A DNA stretch of 64,000 bases, taken from positions 64,001-128,000 of the forward strand of contig JAVRCV020000036.1 in assembly GCA_034530615.2 (NCBI GenBank), written 5' to 3'. This document shows positions 53,526 through 63,793 of this stretch, piece after piece (position 1 is the first letter of the stretch; the number at the start of each line of letters is the position of its first letter). The DNA comes from Aulosira sp. ZfuVER01 (GTDB taxonomy: Bacteria; Cyanobacteriota; Cyanobacteriia; Cyanobacteriales; Nostocaceae). A model generated the notes under the pieces. It was not told where the DNA came from. It worked only from the letters and a program-made list of their open reading frames with translations, and made no database searches. Made by a program: the position numbers and the translations under genes.

Positions 53526-54272
53526 ATGTCGATTCCTCGATTAGACTATGCACCCTTATCTCAAAATCATCGAGTAGAAGGGTTTGAGGTTCCAGGCGAC
53601 GAACAACCCCGGATTTACACAACCGACAACCTTCTTGCTGCTTCCGAAATGGATATATTGATTTTGGTAGCCTATCGCCAGGTTTATAACGAGCAACAGA
53701 TGCTAGATAGCCATCGTCAGCGATTTTTGGAGTCTCAGTTACGAGCTGGTCAAATCATGGTAAAAGACTTCATTCGCGGATTGGTACTATCCGATTCCTT
53801 CCGACGACTCACTTACGATAGTAATAATAACTATCGGTTTGTCGAGATTTGCATTCAGCGGATTCTCGGTCGTAATGTTTATAGCGATCGCGAAAAACTT
53901 TCTTGGTCGATTGTGCTGGCGACTAAAGGACTGCAAGGCTTTATCGATGATTTACTCAACACTGAAGAATATCTGAGTAACTTTGGATATGATACCGTCC
54001 CTTATCAACGTCGTCGCATCTTACCTCAACACGCTCAAGGTGAACTACCCTTTGCGCGGATGGCGCGTTATGGTGAAGACTATCGAGACAAACTCCCCCG
54101 TCCTTTCTATACAATTCCCACTGGTATTTTTGACGAATTTGAGCGTTTTCGTCTCCAGACCTTCATGAATCGTGCTAACTGGACTAATAGTTTCAGCCTG
54201 ATAGGTTTTGTGATGGTTTTAGCGTTCCTCCTCATCCTGTTTTCAGCAACAAACAATTTGATAGGCGGTTAA
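53526..54272 (+). CDS. cpcL: Rod-membrane linker CpcL (CpcG2)
   Basis: CpcG domain plus hydrophobic tail LIGFVMVLAFLLILF. Confidence 0.9.
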   Translation: MSIPRLDYAPLSQNHRVEGFEVPGDEQPRIYTTDNLLAASEMDILILVAYRQVYNEQQMLDSHRQRFLESQLRAGQIMVKDFIRGLVLSDSFRRLTYDSNNNYRFVEICIQRILGRNVYSDREKLSWSIVLATKGLQGFIDDLLNTEEYLSNFGYDTVPYQRRRILPQHAQGELPFARMARYGEDYRDKLPRPFYTIPTGIFDEFERFRLQTFMNRANWTNSFSLIGFVMVLAFLLILFSATNNLIGG

Positions 54273-54490
54273 TTTTGGAGAGTAGTAACGTCGCTAACGC
54301 TACTCGCTCTTGGGGGAAACCCCAAGAGCGCGCTCCGCACTGGCTCACCTGTTCCCTGTTCCCTTTTAGAAGAACTCCAGTTCTCAACTTGGACGAAATT
54401 TAGATCTATGTGCTAGTCTTTCTTTTGACTTGAAAATTGTTCAGTAAGTGGCATTCAGTAAAACTGATATAGGGGAGATATTTAGAAGTA

Positions 54491-54772
54491 ATGGTAGGTC
54501 AAACTAAACTTAATGCTGGTAGCATTTCTTCATCTGCGAGTCGAGTATTTCGTTATGAAGTTGTAGGCTTGCGGCAAACCTCAGAAACTAATAACAATAA
54601 ATACGACATTCGCCATAGTGGTAGCGTATTTATCAATGTGCCTTACAATCGCATGAATGAAGAAATGCAACGGATTAGCCGTCTCGGTGGCAGAATTGTT
54701 AACATTGAGCCGTTGATTGTAGCCAGTGATGATCCTAGCGCAGTGCCTTACCGTGGTGGTGGCAGACGTTAA
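54491..54772 (+). CDS. cpcD: Rod-capping linker CpcD
   Basis: [13 protein letters not shown]...VPYNRMNEEMQRISRLGGRIV. Confidence 0.92.
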   Translation: MVGQTKLNAGSISSSASRVFRYEVVGLRQTSETNNNKYDIRHSGSVFINVPYNRMNEEMQRISRLGGRIVNIEPLIVASDDPSAVPYRGGGRR

Positions 54773-55001
54773 GACGAAGAATCTAATTGCCGAAAATTGC
54801 CTGCTGGGACTGTGAAAAACAGCCATTCCCAATGGTATGATTTCCACCTTGGAAGCATTTGAGGAAACCGTTTCAGCATTTCTTAGCCACTCAATTAAGT
54901 TATGTAATTTTTATTAAACTAAATCGAATAATGTCCCCCTTGTCCTTTATGATTATGAGAACTTTGTAAGATTTCATAAAGGAAAGGGAGATTTTGTATT
55001 T

Positions 55002-55754
55002 GTGGCAATTCCTCTTTTAGAATATTCCCCTATTTCTCAAAATCAGCGGGTAACAGCTTATGAAGTTCCTGGAGATGAGCAACCCAGGATCTTCTCAACA
55101 GAAAACCTGCTTTCCTCAACAGACTTAGATATTCTGATTGAAGCAGCTTATCGTCAGATATTTTTCCATGCTTTTGCTGCCGATCGCGAGCGTTTCCTCG
55201 AGTCCCAGCTTCGCAGTGGTCAAATCACAGTACGCGATTTCATTCGCGGCTTGCTGTTATCTAACACCTACAAGCGCAGTTTCTATGACCTCAATAGCAA
55301 CTATCGTTTTGTAGAACAAACAGTGCAGCGGGTTCTCGGCCGCGATGTTTACAACAACCGCGAAAAGATTGCTTGGTCGATTGTTGTAGCGACAAAGGGT
55401 ATTAAAGGCTTTGTTGATGACCTACTCAACACTGAGGAGTATCTAGAAGCCTTTGGGTACGATACAGTACCTTACCAACGTCGTCGGGTACTACCCGGTC
55501 GGACAGAGGGTGAACTGCCTTTTAACATCAAGTCTCCCCGCTACGATGCTTACCATCGTGCTAAGTTGGGCTTCCCACAAGTGATTTGGCAAACTTCTGT
55601 GCGCCGCTTTACCCCTCCTGAAAGGAAGCCTACAGCAGGTAATCCAGAGCTGTTCCTGGATATGGCACGGAGTATCAACCCAACAGGTAGCGCACCTCAG
55701 CGGCTCTCTGTACAGAATATTGATATCGAAAAATCAGTACCCTATCGTCGGTAA
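55002..55754 (+). CDS. cpcG: Rod-core linker CpcG
   Basis: [16 protein letters not shown]; CpcG domain; hydrophilic C-terminus. Confidence 0.93.
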   Translation: MAIPLLEYSPISQNQRVTAYEVPGDEQPRIFSTENLLSSTDLDILIEAAYRQIFFHAFAADRERFLESQLRSGQITVRDFIRGLLLSNTYKRSFYDLNSNYRFVEQTVQRVLGRDVYNNREKIAWSIVVATKGIKGFVDDLLNTEEYLEAFGYDTVPYQRRRVLPGRTEGELPFNIKSPRYDAYHRAKLGFPQVIWQTSVRRFTPPERKPTAGNPELFLDMARSINPTGSAPQRLSVQNIDIEKSVPYRR

Positions 55755-56019
55755 GCTGATTTAAAAACTCAAGCATAGTGTATGTCGCACCTAAATAAAG
55801 ATACGGCATACCCTATGCTTGCTTTGTTTCTAACAAATAGACTCTATTTTTCTCTAGAAAGAGTCAAAGAAGAAAGCGAGTTAACAACCAACACAGTTCA
55901 ATAGGTGCACGGCGCTAGTAAGATTGTCTAGTTTGAAAAATATTTTGCGTGCCGTGCCCCTACTAGGTGTAATCAATTCCAGCCTAACTGAGTTGTATGG
56001 AGTTAACAACCTCAGGCTC

Positions 56020-56439
56020 TCAGGCGCATTCATCATTCTCTGCACGAAATCCGAGTTCTAAGAGAGCTTTGCGGATTGTGGCTTTAGAAGGGCGAACTTT
56101 TGGTGCAGCTAATCCCATTTCTCTAGCAGTCTCAAACAGATCCCGCATCAATATATCCAGCGAAGTATCATCTGCATCTTCTGGAAGCTTCTCAATTCTT
56201 GCTTCGTATGCTAGCGTATAAAGCTCTAAGTGATGTTTTCCCATCACTCTAGCCAGTTTTCTTAAAGTTTCAGGCGTAGGACAGGTTCCCTTAAAGCAAG
56301 CACCTCTCAGTCTCGGTTGAGGAACACCAGACAAATCCGCCAGACGGTTCATACTGATACCCTGTTCTTCCAAGTATTGAAGAATGAATCGTCCTAAAGG
56401 GGAGCAATCTTCAGCTTTTATTTGCAACCTTGCTGGCAT
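56020..56439 (-). CDS. XRE-family HTH protein
   Basis: GISMNRLADLSGVPQPRL...PTPETLRKLA. Confidence 0.8.
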   Translation of the reverse strand: MPARLQIKAEDCSPLGRFILQYLEEQGISMNRLADLSGVPQPRLRGACFKGTCPTPETLRKLARVMGKHHLELYTLAYEARIEKLPEDADDTSLDILMRDLFETAREMGLAAPKVRPSKATIRKALLELGFRAENDECA

Positions 56440-56492
56440 TTTTCGGTGTCAGGAAAATATAAATATCTACAATATAGCGGACTCAAAGGGAT

Positions 56493-56623
56493 TATATCGT
56501 GTCCGGGGAAAGACTTGTCATTAAGACAGCAGGGGGCAGGGAGCAGAGAGCAGGGGGAAAGAGAATTTCGCGATTTTTGCACAGATGCGAGAATTATCAC
56601 TAAGTTAAGCAAACATGATATTA
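56493..56623. mobile_element. MITE-like element (second family)
   Basis: TATATCGTGTCC...AAACATGATATTA; relatives at 44181 and ~59980-60095 (the latter shares TTTTGCACAGATG). Confidence 0.6.
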
Positions 56624-56777
56624 CGCATCAGGGCTTCCAAATAAAAAAATATCCCATCGCTCTGAATCCAGGGAAGCAATTTGAACTATTGAAGGGATAC
56701 GGATACCTTGGGCGGTTATTCCCACTGAAGTTTTGAGGATAATTTGTCAAAATCAAAGATAACTGGAGGTTCAAAAC

Positions 56778-57089
56778 ATGAAATTTTCAATCCAATCAGT
56801 TTACGCTTGGTATCGCGATTTGCTTCGGAATCCAAAGTACCGTTGGTGGGTAATTTTAGGAACAATTGTTTATATTATCAGCCCTATTGATATTGCCCCA
56901 GATTTTATACCCATTGTGGGAGAAATTGATGATGTTTTACTGCTGACCCTGCTAGTTACTGAGGTATCGGGACTAGTTATTGAAGGCTGGAAAGCTCGTA
57001 AGGGTGTAGCCACCAACAACCCCAACACGTCTGAGGATTCCACATCTACTGCAAGTACTGTCGATGTTGATGCTGTCTCTGTCAAGTAA
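56778..57089 (+). CDS. DUF1232/YkvA protein
   Basis: YIISPIDIAPDFIPIVGEIDD. Confidence 0.9.
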   Translation: MKFSIQSVYAWYRDLLRNPKYRWWVILGTIVYIISPIDIAPDFIPIVGEIDDVLLLTLLVTEVSGLVIEGWKARKGVATNNPNTSEDSTSTASTVDVDAVSVK

Positions 57090-57114
57090 TTTTGCAAAAG
57101 ATATCAAATTTAAC

Positions 57115-57150
57115 AAACCCCTACCTTTACTAAGGTGGGGGTTATTTTTT
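57115..57150 (+). terminator. Intrinsic terminator
   Basis: AACCCCTACCTT-TACT-AAGGTGGGGGTT followed by a T-run. Confidence 0.75.
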
Positions 57151-57302
57151 AGGTAATATAAGCCACCCTTTTATGAAAAACATACACCTGTGAGAATCCA
57201 GGTAGCGAATAAGGGTAAAGCAAGTAACGGTATTGATTACCCCAATTTAACTTTGAGAGAGTTAAATTGGTTTCATTGCACTTAGCAAAAAACACTGACT
57301 CA

Positions 57303-57692
57303 ATGACAGATAATTTCGACCAAGAACTAGAAGTAGAAATTCTGTCTGCTGCCCTGACAATTGAACGCCAGGAAACAGGAGATATCTTAAAATTATTGGC
57401 TTTCAAATTACAACGCGCTTTGCCTCAAAATACACAAGTACAACGTCAATGGTTTGGTTTAGGTGCGGTTACAGCAGTTACCCTCTGTTTTAACGATCAT
57501 CACTACCAAATCAACCGCGATCGCTATGGAAGTATTACAGCTAAAGTCATGAAATTAGTAGGCGGTGTCAAAATTAAAACTACTGAAGTATCAGTTACAG
57601 AATGGAGGCAAGCCGTAGCAGCAACATTAGTTCAAGTATCATCTCGCAATACCGAGATGCGAGAAGCTTTGAGTAAGTTCATTTTGGGCTAA
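57303..57692 (+). CDS. Hypothetical protein, first gene of the YbjQ operon
   Basis: ~129-aa ORF 33 nt before the next gene. Confidence 0.7.
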   Translation: MTDNFDQELEVEILSAALTIERQETGDILKLLAFKLQRALPQNTQVQRQWFGLGAVTAVTLCFNDHHYQINRDRYGSITAKVMKLVGGVKIKTTEVSVTEWRQAVAATLVQVSSRNTEMREALSKFILG

Positions 57693-57725
57693 TAGCCCTA
57701 CATAAATTAAATTGGACTGCTATGT

Positions 57726-58850
57726 ATGGGATTATTCGCAAAACTCGCTAAAAATATTTGGACTACTACTAAGTTAGGAGTAGGTTCTCTATCTCAACAA
57801 AGTTCTCAAATTAACAAGGCTGCGTTTACTATTCCTACTCATCGGCTAAAGCAACACAAAGATATTCAAAAAAAGTTTGGCAAATCTTTCTTCACCAGCG
57901 ATTTAAGTACCAATGAATACTTACTGACTCGTGAAGCTGGTTGTGAACCTGTCGGGTTAGTGATGGGAACTAGCTTTTATAAAGTCGGATTTTATGGTTA
58001 TTTTTGGGGCTATCGTAACCATACTGGTGAAGTGGAAGCTTTAACTCAAGCCCAGATAGCTGTACGAGAACTGGCTGTAAGTAGGATGCAGGCAGAAGCA
58101 GCAATGTTAGGCGCTCATGGCATTATTGGAGTACGTCTCCATCAGCGTCGTCAAGTATGGGGTATGGGGATGGTGGAATTTACAGCTATTGGGACTGCAA
58201 TTCGGATACCTAACCGTCCACCAACAAACAAACCTTTTACCAGTGACTTGAGCGGACAGGAATTTTGGCAACTGCGTCAAGCTGGTTATTGGCCTATGGG
58301 TTTAGTTTTTGGTGCTTGTTCTTATTATGTGCATAGCGATCGCACTACTCGCACCTTAATGAATAACTCTGCTTGGAATCGTTTAGTTGGTCAAGGCAGG
58401 CGTAACCAAGAATTAACCCAGTTTACTCAAGGCTTTCAAGATGCACGGGAATTAGCAGTGATGAGGCTGTCCGCAGAAATCAGTCAATTGTCAGCTAAGG
58501 GTGCAGTAGGAATGCACATTGAAAAGAGTGAAGAAATTATTACTTATCAGCCTCAGTCACCGTTAGGTTGCTTTGTAGCTTTTTTCACTTTTGGTCTGTT
58601 GATTGCTTGTTTTGGGGCTATTATCGCCGGTCACGGCACTGCTGCGGGTGTGAGTTTTGTGTTGTTATTCGTTAGTTTCACTATCAATATTATTGTCGCG
58701 GTTTTCAACAACATCCTTGGGAATAATGGCCCCTTCCGTGACATCCTCATTAATTTTGTTGCTATTGGGACTGCCATTGTTGAAGATGAATTACCATCTG
58801 AAAACCCAGTTAGTAAAACTCTAATTTTCTACCCACTTTCTCAACGGTAA
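57726..58850 (+). CDS. Tandem YbjQ/UPF0145-like protein with TM hairpin
   Basis: Two FTSDLS...GLV.G...RELA..R...A.G...F.AIGTA units; hydrophobic hairpin inside unit 2. Confidence 0.8.
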   Translation: MGLFAKLAKNIWTTTKLGVGSLSQQSSQINKAAFTIPTHRLKQHKDIQKKFGKSFFTSDLSTNEYLLTREAGCEPVGLVMGTSFYKVGFYGYFWGYRNHTGEVEALTQAQIAVRELAVSRMQAEAAMLGAHGIIGVRLHQRRQVWGMGMVEFTAIGTAIRIPNRPPTNKPFTSDLSGQEFWQLRQAGYWPMGLVFGACSYYVHSDRTTRTLMNNSAWNRLVGQGRRNQELTQFTQGFQDARELAVMRLSAEISQLSAKGAVGMHIEKSEEIITYQPQSPLGCFVAFFTFGLLIACFGAIIAGHGTAAGVSFVLLFVSFTINIIVAVFNNILGNNGPFRDILINFVAIGTAIVEDELPSENPVSKTLIFYPLSQR

Positions 58851-58858
58851 ATTTAATT

Positions 58859-59752
58859 ATGACAAACCAAGTTCCTCAACCTCATCATAATCCGGCGATC
58901 GCAGCTGATTTACCAGAACACGCCCGCGAACGGTTAAAAATGATGCAAAAGGGCGGTAAGCAAAGTAATTTGTTTACCAGCGATCTCTCAGTAAATGAGT
59001 TCCTGTTAGTCAAAGAAGCTGGTTTTGAGCCGTTGGGATTAGTAGTTGGCTGTTCGATGTATCACATCGGCTTTCAATGGGCTAACATTAACCAAAATAT
59101 GGAAATGACTGTTCTTTCCCAAGCGATGTATCATGCTCGGGAATTAGCTATGAGTCGGATGCAGGAAGAAGCAGAAGCATTAGACGCAGATGGTATTGTT
59201 GGGGTGCGTCTGAGTGCTAAACACATGACTTGGGAACCGAATATGGCGGAGTTTGTGGCGATTGGAACAGCAGTCAAAGCAACTAATACCTCAACTTCTT
59301 ATCGTACTTTTGCTGGCAAACCTTTTACCAGTGACCTATCCGGGCAAGATTTTTGGACACTTCTGAGAGCAGGTTATCGTCCTCTGGGCTTAGTCATGGG
59401 TAACTGCGTCTATCATGTTGCTTTTCAAGGCTTGGGACAATGGTTTAGAAATATTGGCAAAAATGTAGAGATGACCAATTTTACCCAAGCATTATATGAT
59501 GCACGCGAATTAGCGATGGAAAGAATGCAAGTTGAAGCATCTCAACTGCAAGCCGAAGGAATTATCGGCGCAAATATTCATGAGCATCAGTATTCTTGGA
59601 GTTCCCATGTAATTGAGTTTTTTGCTATAGGTACAGCAGTTATAGCTACCCGCACTGACCATCATATTCCCACACCTCATTTAACCCTCTCATTAAATGA
59701 CCCACCTACACAGCTAAATACTGTGTTAGCACCACCTAGTGCTGACCATTAG
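58859..59752 (+). CDS. Tandem YbjQ/UPF0145-like soluble protein
   Basis: Two FTSDLS...ARELAM.RMQ.EA...EF.AIGTAV units. Confidence 0.85.
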   Translation: MTNQVPQPHHNPAIAADLPEHARERLKMMQKGGKQSNLFTSDLSVNEFLLVKEAGFEPLGLVVGCSMYHIGFQWANINQNMEMTVLSQAMYHARELAMSRMQEEAEALDADGIVGVRLSAKHMTWEPNMAEFVAIGTAVKATNTSTSYRTFAGKPFTSDLSGQDFWTLLRAGYRPLGLVMGNCVYHVAFQGLGQWFRNIGKNVEMTNFTQALYDARELAMERMQVEASQLQAEGIIGANIHEHQYSWSSHVIEFFAIGTAVIATRTDHHIPTPHLTLSLNDPPTQLNTVLAPPSADH

Positions 59753-60350
59753 TCACATAACACTCGATCCTGTTTTCAAGGTGTTTGCCACTCCCCAAAT
59801 ATAAAAAGTGGTTCTTTCTACTATGGAACCAAAGTTCCTAAGTAACAAGCCAATCCTCAATTCTCAATCCACTATAGAAATCAGCATTACTCAAGAACGC
59901 TTGTGCCGCTACAGTGTAATTAAAATTAGGGAATCATTCGCATATTTCAAATTCCCTATAATATTGTGTTCTACGAAAAAACTCTGATTAAAACAGCAGG
60001 GGATCTCTGATATCTGCTTGGGGAGCAAAGAGAAAGAGTATTTTCCGGTTTTTGCACAGATGTGTTAATCCTAATTCATCAACCGGATTTGATATCAAAT
60101 CCGGCTTTTAACTTTTGCATTGTGGTTGCCAGTAGCTATGCTACCTCTATCGTAGGATTTGTTCTGATTGTTAATATCATATTAAGATATTTTAGTCAAT
60201 CCCATTTTTAAATTTTAGAAGATAAAATATTTGTAAACAATCACATAGTACTGATACTTATCTCGAATTTCTCTATGAAATTCATAGATAAGTTTTCGCT
60301 TTGTTGTTGACAACAAGGTGAGGTATTTATTTTATTTTTGTAAGAATACA

Positions 60351-62237
60351 ATGATACAAAATCGGGAAATACCAATCTACGATACCGTCATCGTAGGCGG
60401 TGGGATCGCAGGAATGTATTGCAGTTTAAGACTGGCACAAAGAAACCAGCAAGTTGCTTTATTTGAAAAATCCCATCGTTGGGGAGGATGCATTGAAACC
60501 GTCAGAATGGGAAAAGGCAAAGAATTTAAAGCTGAATTTGGGCCGATGCGGTTTGAGGAAAAAGGACAACATTTCTTGAAAAACTTGCTCGATGAATTAC
60601 AGCTAGAATATTCTCCTTTCCCACAATATCAATCTTCTAAACCCAAATGGCCTGATTATAATATCCAAGACCCCGAAGAACAAAGATGGCAGGAAGATCC
60701 CTTAAATCTGCTACGAATGGGAATTTTAAAAATTCTGGGATTTTACAGAAATGGGATGTCCAAGCAGGAAATGGATAATGAAATCGCCAAATTCGAGCAA
60801 CAAGAACCTGCAATTGCGCCAGAGTATGACTACGACATTTTGCGTCAAACTGCTAGACAAGGCGGTAAACCCAATGGTCAACTCTTGTATACTCGCGGCT
60901 TTTGGAACGCTTTGAGCGATGCTTTGAGTCATCGGGCTATTTTGAAGATTAGAGATATGGGGAATTTTTATCACTTTGTTTCCGAAAACCCCAATGCGAT
61001 TGAATGGATCATTTTCTGGCTGCGTGGTTTGCAACCAAACGATAGATTGGTAGGAATCAAAGGCGGTTCAGCACAAATTACGGAGAAACTGCTCAAAAAA
61101 CTTGATGAATTTAGCAATCTTGCTCGCAAAAACAACCATGATTTGAAAGCAATAAGTTCTGAAGGTGAATTCGTCAGGCTTTATTTTCAAGGAGAAATCG
61201 AAGAAGTTCTGGCTAAAAACGTAATTTTAGCTTTACCGAAAACTGCATTGCTGCGTTTGTCGCCATATTTCCCAGAAACTATCCGCAAAGCTTTAGATTC
61301 AGTAATTGCCATTCCCCTGCTAAAAGTCTTTTTTGTGACTGATAGCCCTTGGTGGGATGAAGATACTCAACCGCAAACTGGAGCTTATACACTTCCCACA
61401 AGAGAAGTACATTATTATCAGGAACATTCCCTTCAGCTTTCTCAAGACAGAAAACAGCAATATGAAGCCCAACTCAATGAAGGGATCATTTCCCAACAGA
61501 TGCGGAGTGAATTTATTGATGCGGGAATTGAGCTTCCTGATGATATGACTGTGGATAAGAAAAACAACGGCAAGGGCTGGATAATTTACTATACGCCTTA
61601 CCGCAAAAGCCATGAGTATTTTATCCGGCAAGAAGACTTTTCCGTGTTCAACAAAAACGGCAAAGGTATGGTAATGGTTTATACCGATCGCCCAGCAGGA
61701 GAATATTGGAAAGACTATATCTTGAGTCCCGACTATCACGAGCAAGCAGAAATTAGAGGAGATTTGAGATTAGTTGAGCAGTTCTTTAAATACCTTGCTG
61801 ATGGCTTTGAGATAGAAAAGCAGGCTGATGATGTTTCTCAAAGCAGCATCTTCCCCAATTATCCCCAATGTTTTCTCGATCAATCAGCTCAAAAAATTGT
61901 TGAAGATCTCAAGGGAACTATTGAAGATTTTGGCATTCATGATTGGGGAAAAGCTCCTTATGGTGCAGCCTGTCATGCATGGCGACCTAATGTAAAGTCA
62001 GGAGAAGTAATGGTACGTTTGAGAGCCTTTAGCTCGATCAACGATCAATACAAGCATAAAAACATTCATATCTGCGGAGAAACTTACTCTGATTACCAAG
62101 GCTTTATTGAAGGTGCCTTGCGTTCTGCTCAGGACGTGTTGAAATGGATTGAGGCGCAAGAAGAGCGAGAAAATGTGGCTAGTGGTGAAGGGCAGATGAG
62201 AGAATTACTCTCAAATTTAAATTCATATCACATCTAA
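60351..62237 (+). CDS. Flavin monoamine/L-amino-acid oxidase family protein
   Basis: VIVGGGIAG, RWGG, EFGPMRF, ICGETYSDYQGFIEGAL. Confidence 0.88.
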   Translation: MIQNREIPIYDTVIVGGGIAGMYCSLRLAQRNQQVALFEKSHRWGGCIETVRMGKGKEFKAEFGPMRFEEKGQHFLKNLLDELQLEYSPFPQYQSSKPKWPDYNIQDPEEQRWQEDPLNLLRMGILKILGFYRNGMSKQEMDNEIAKFEQQEPAIAPEYDYDILRQTARQGGKPNGQLLYTRGFWNALSDALSHRAILKIRDMGNFYHFVSENPNAIEWIIFWLRGLQPNDRLVGIKGGSAQITEKLLKKLDEFSNLARKNNHDLKAISSEGEFVRLYFQGEIEEVLAKNVILALPKTALLRLSPYFPETIRKALDSVIAIPLLKVFFVTDSPWWDEDTQPQTGAYTLPTREVHYYQEHSLQLSQDRKQQYEAQLNEGIISQQMRSEFIDAGIELPDDMTVDKKNNGKGWIIYYTPYRKSHEYFIRQEDFSVFNKNGKGMVMVYTDRPAGEYWKDYILSPDYHEQAEIRGDLRLVEQFFKYLADGFEIEKQADDVSQSSIFPNYPQCFLDQSAQKIVEDLKGTIEDFGIHDWGKAPYGAACHAWRPNVKSGEVMVRLRAFSSINDQYKHKNIHICGETYSDYQGFIEGALRSAQDVLKWIEAQEERENVASGEGQMRELLSNLNSYHI

Positions 62238-62239
62238 AA

Positions 62240-62382
62240 GGCATGGGGAATGGGGCATTGGGCATTGGGCATTGGGCATTGGGCATGGGGAACAGGGAAC
62301 AGGTAATAGTTATTTCTTCTCTGCTTCCTCCCTATCTCCCCACACTTCCCACACTCCCCACACTCTCTTGTCTTCCCCTGCT
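62240..62382. repeat. STRR tandem repeats between convergent genes
   Basis: (GGGCATT)n, GGGAACA and CCCACACT units. Confidence 0.85.
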
Positions 62383-62383
62383 T

Positions 62384-63793
62384 TTAAACTGGGCGATCGC
62401 GTACTATTGGTAAATTGACTGTAAAAGTCGAACCTTCATTGAGCTTACTTCTCAAAGAAATAAAACCGCCGGAACGCCAAAGTAACTGCTGTACAACTGT
62501 TAACCCCAACCCCGGCCCGCTAGATTCATCAGTTGCACCAGAACGCACGCGATAAAAGCTGTCAAAGATTTTGGTAATTTCGGTTTCGGCTATACCGATA
62601 CCTGTATCGCGGACTTCTAGTTGCACATAATCATTATGTACGCGCGATCGCACCCAAACTTGTCCGCCACTGGGTGTAAATTTGATACTGTTATGCAGCA
62701 GATTAATCACAATCAGTCTCAACCCGCCACTGACACACCACACAGATGGCAGTTCTGTGGGGACTGTGTAGGCGAGCATAATTCCTTTTTCCTGGGCTAC
62801 AGGCTGGTAGGTACTAACTATTCCTGGCACAACATCCGCCAAGCATACAGATTCTAAAGGCGAATCTTGTAAATTGCGATCTAGATGCACCAAATCTAAT
62901 AAACCAGAAATTAGAGAATTCTGGCGATCGCACTGGATATTTAACATTTGTAAATAACGTTGCCGTTGGGGCGGTTTCAAGGTAGGGGAATTTAACAGCG
63001 ACAGCGCTGTTTTCATGTGGGTGAGAGGTGTACGCAACTCCTGACACGCATTGCTCAAGTAGTCGTCTTTAATTTGTGCTTTTTTGTAGAGTTTTTGATT
63101 TTGCTGCTGCAACTTGGCGATGCGTTTTGTCATCAATTGATGATTAATTTCATCTTGTCGCTTGACTTGTTTGACTAACAGCTGATTCATAAGTGCTGAG
63201 TCTGGCACGCTGGGGCAAAGAAAATCAGCTTGGAGTATCGAGGCTGATTCTGGCGTTCTTACTTGTTTAATGCCATCTAGCACTCGCTGAATTACTCTGC
63301 CTTCTACAGTAGTCATTGCCAGTAAAGGCACTGTTTTTCGAGAATTTCCCTTCTTTAAAATGTTGGTTTTACGTCTTTTAGGCGGTCGATGAGCCAAAAT
63401 GAGACTGCAAAACTGTGGTGACAAGACTATAAAAAAATATTCTCTTTGCAGATATTTATTTGGTAATAAATTAATAACTAAGTCATCGAGAGATTGACTC
63501 TGATATTTACTTTCTATCGTTTCTCCTTTTCGTCTCTCATCAATTTGACAGTTATAAATGACAGCCGAAATATCCACTGCGGATTGATAGCGCCATAATT
63601 CTGACTGCCAAATTTTTCCTGGCGGTAGCTTTACCCATAAGGTTGCAGCAATTTTCTGCTCAATCAGTAAGTCAATTTGTGACCTAAGTAGTGATAGCAG
63701 AGTAGCAGGATTGAGGGGTAATGCTTGGGGAGGCGCTTGCATTGCCAAAGCTAACTGATAAATTGACAGATCCTGAGCCAGAGAATCATTCAT
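62384..63793 (-). CDS. Sensor kinase-like protein (DICT-like N-terminus) lacking the phospho-His
   Basis: ACQELRTPL (H replaced by Q), NLLHNSIKFT, DTGIGI, GLGL. Confidence 0.85.
   Translation of the reverse strand: MNDSLAQDLSIYQLALAMQAPPQALPLNPATLLSLLRSQIDLLIEQKIAATLWVKLPPGKIWQSELWRYQSAVDISAVIYNCQIDERRKGETIESKYQSQSLDDLVINLLPNKYLQREYFFIVLSPQFCSLILAHRPPKRRKTNILKKGNSRKTVPLLAMTTVEGRVIQRVLDGIKQVRTPESASILQADFLCPSVPDSALMNQLLVKQVKRQDEINHQLMTKRIAKLQQQNQKLYKKAQIKDDYLSNACQELRTPLTHMKTALSLLNSPTLKPPQRQRYLQMLNIQCDRQNSLISGLLDLVHLDRNLQDSPLESVCLADVVPGIVSTYQPVAQEKGIMLAYTVPTELPSVWCVSGGLRLIVINLLHNSIKFTPSGGQVWVRSRVHNDYVQLEVRDTGIGIAETEITKIFDSFYRVRSGATDESSGPGLGLTVVQQLLWRSGGFISLRSKLNEGSTFTVNLPIVRDRPV

Noticed and set aside
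56418..56736. ORFs of 64 and 104 aa
   Set aside because: They lie over MITE-like repeats.
56577..60058. TTGCACA at ~56577 and ~60052 as L-boxes
   Set aside because: Single half-sites embedded in MITE-like repeats; no direct repeat with N4 spacing.
60083..60104. Perfect 22-bp palindrome CCGGATTTGATATCAAATCCGG as an operator
   Set aside because: More simply explained as abutting ends of MITE-like elements.
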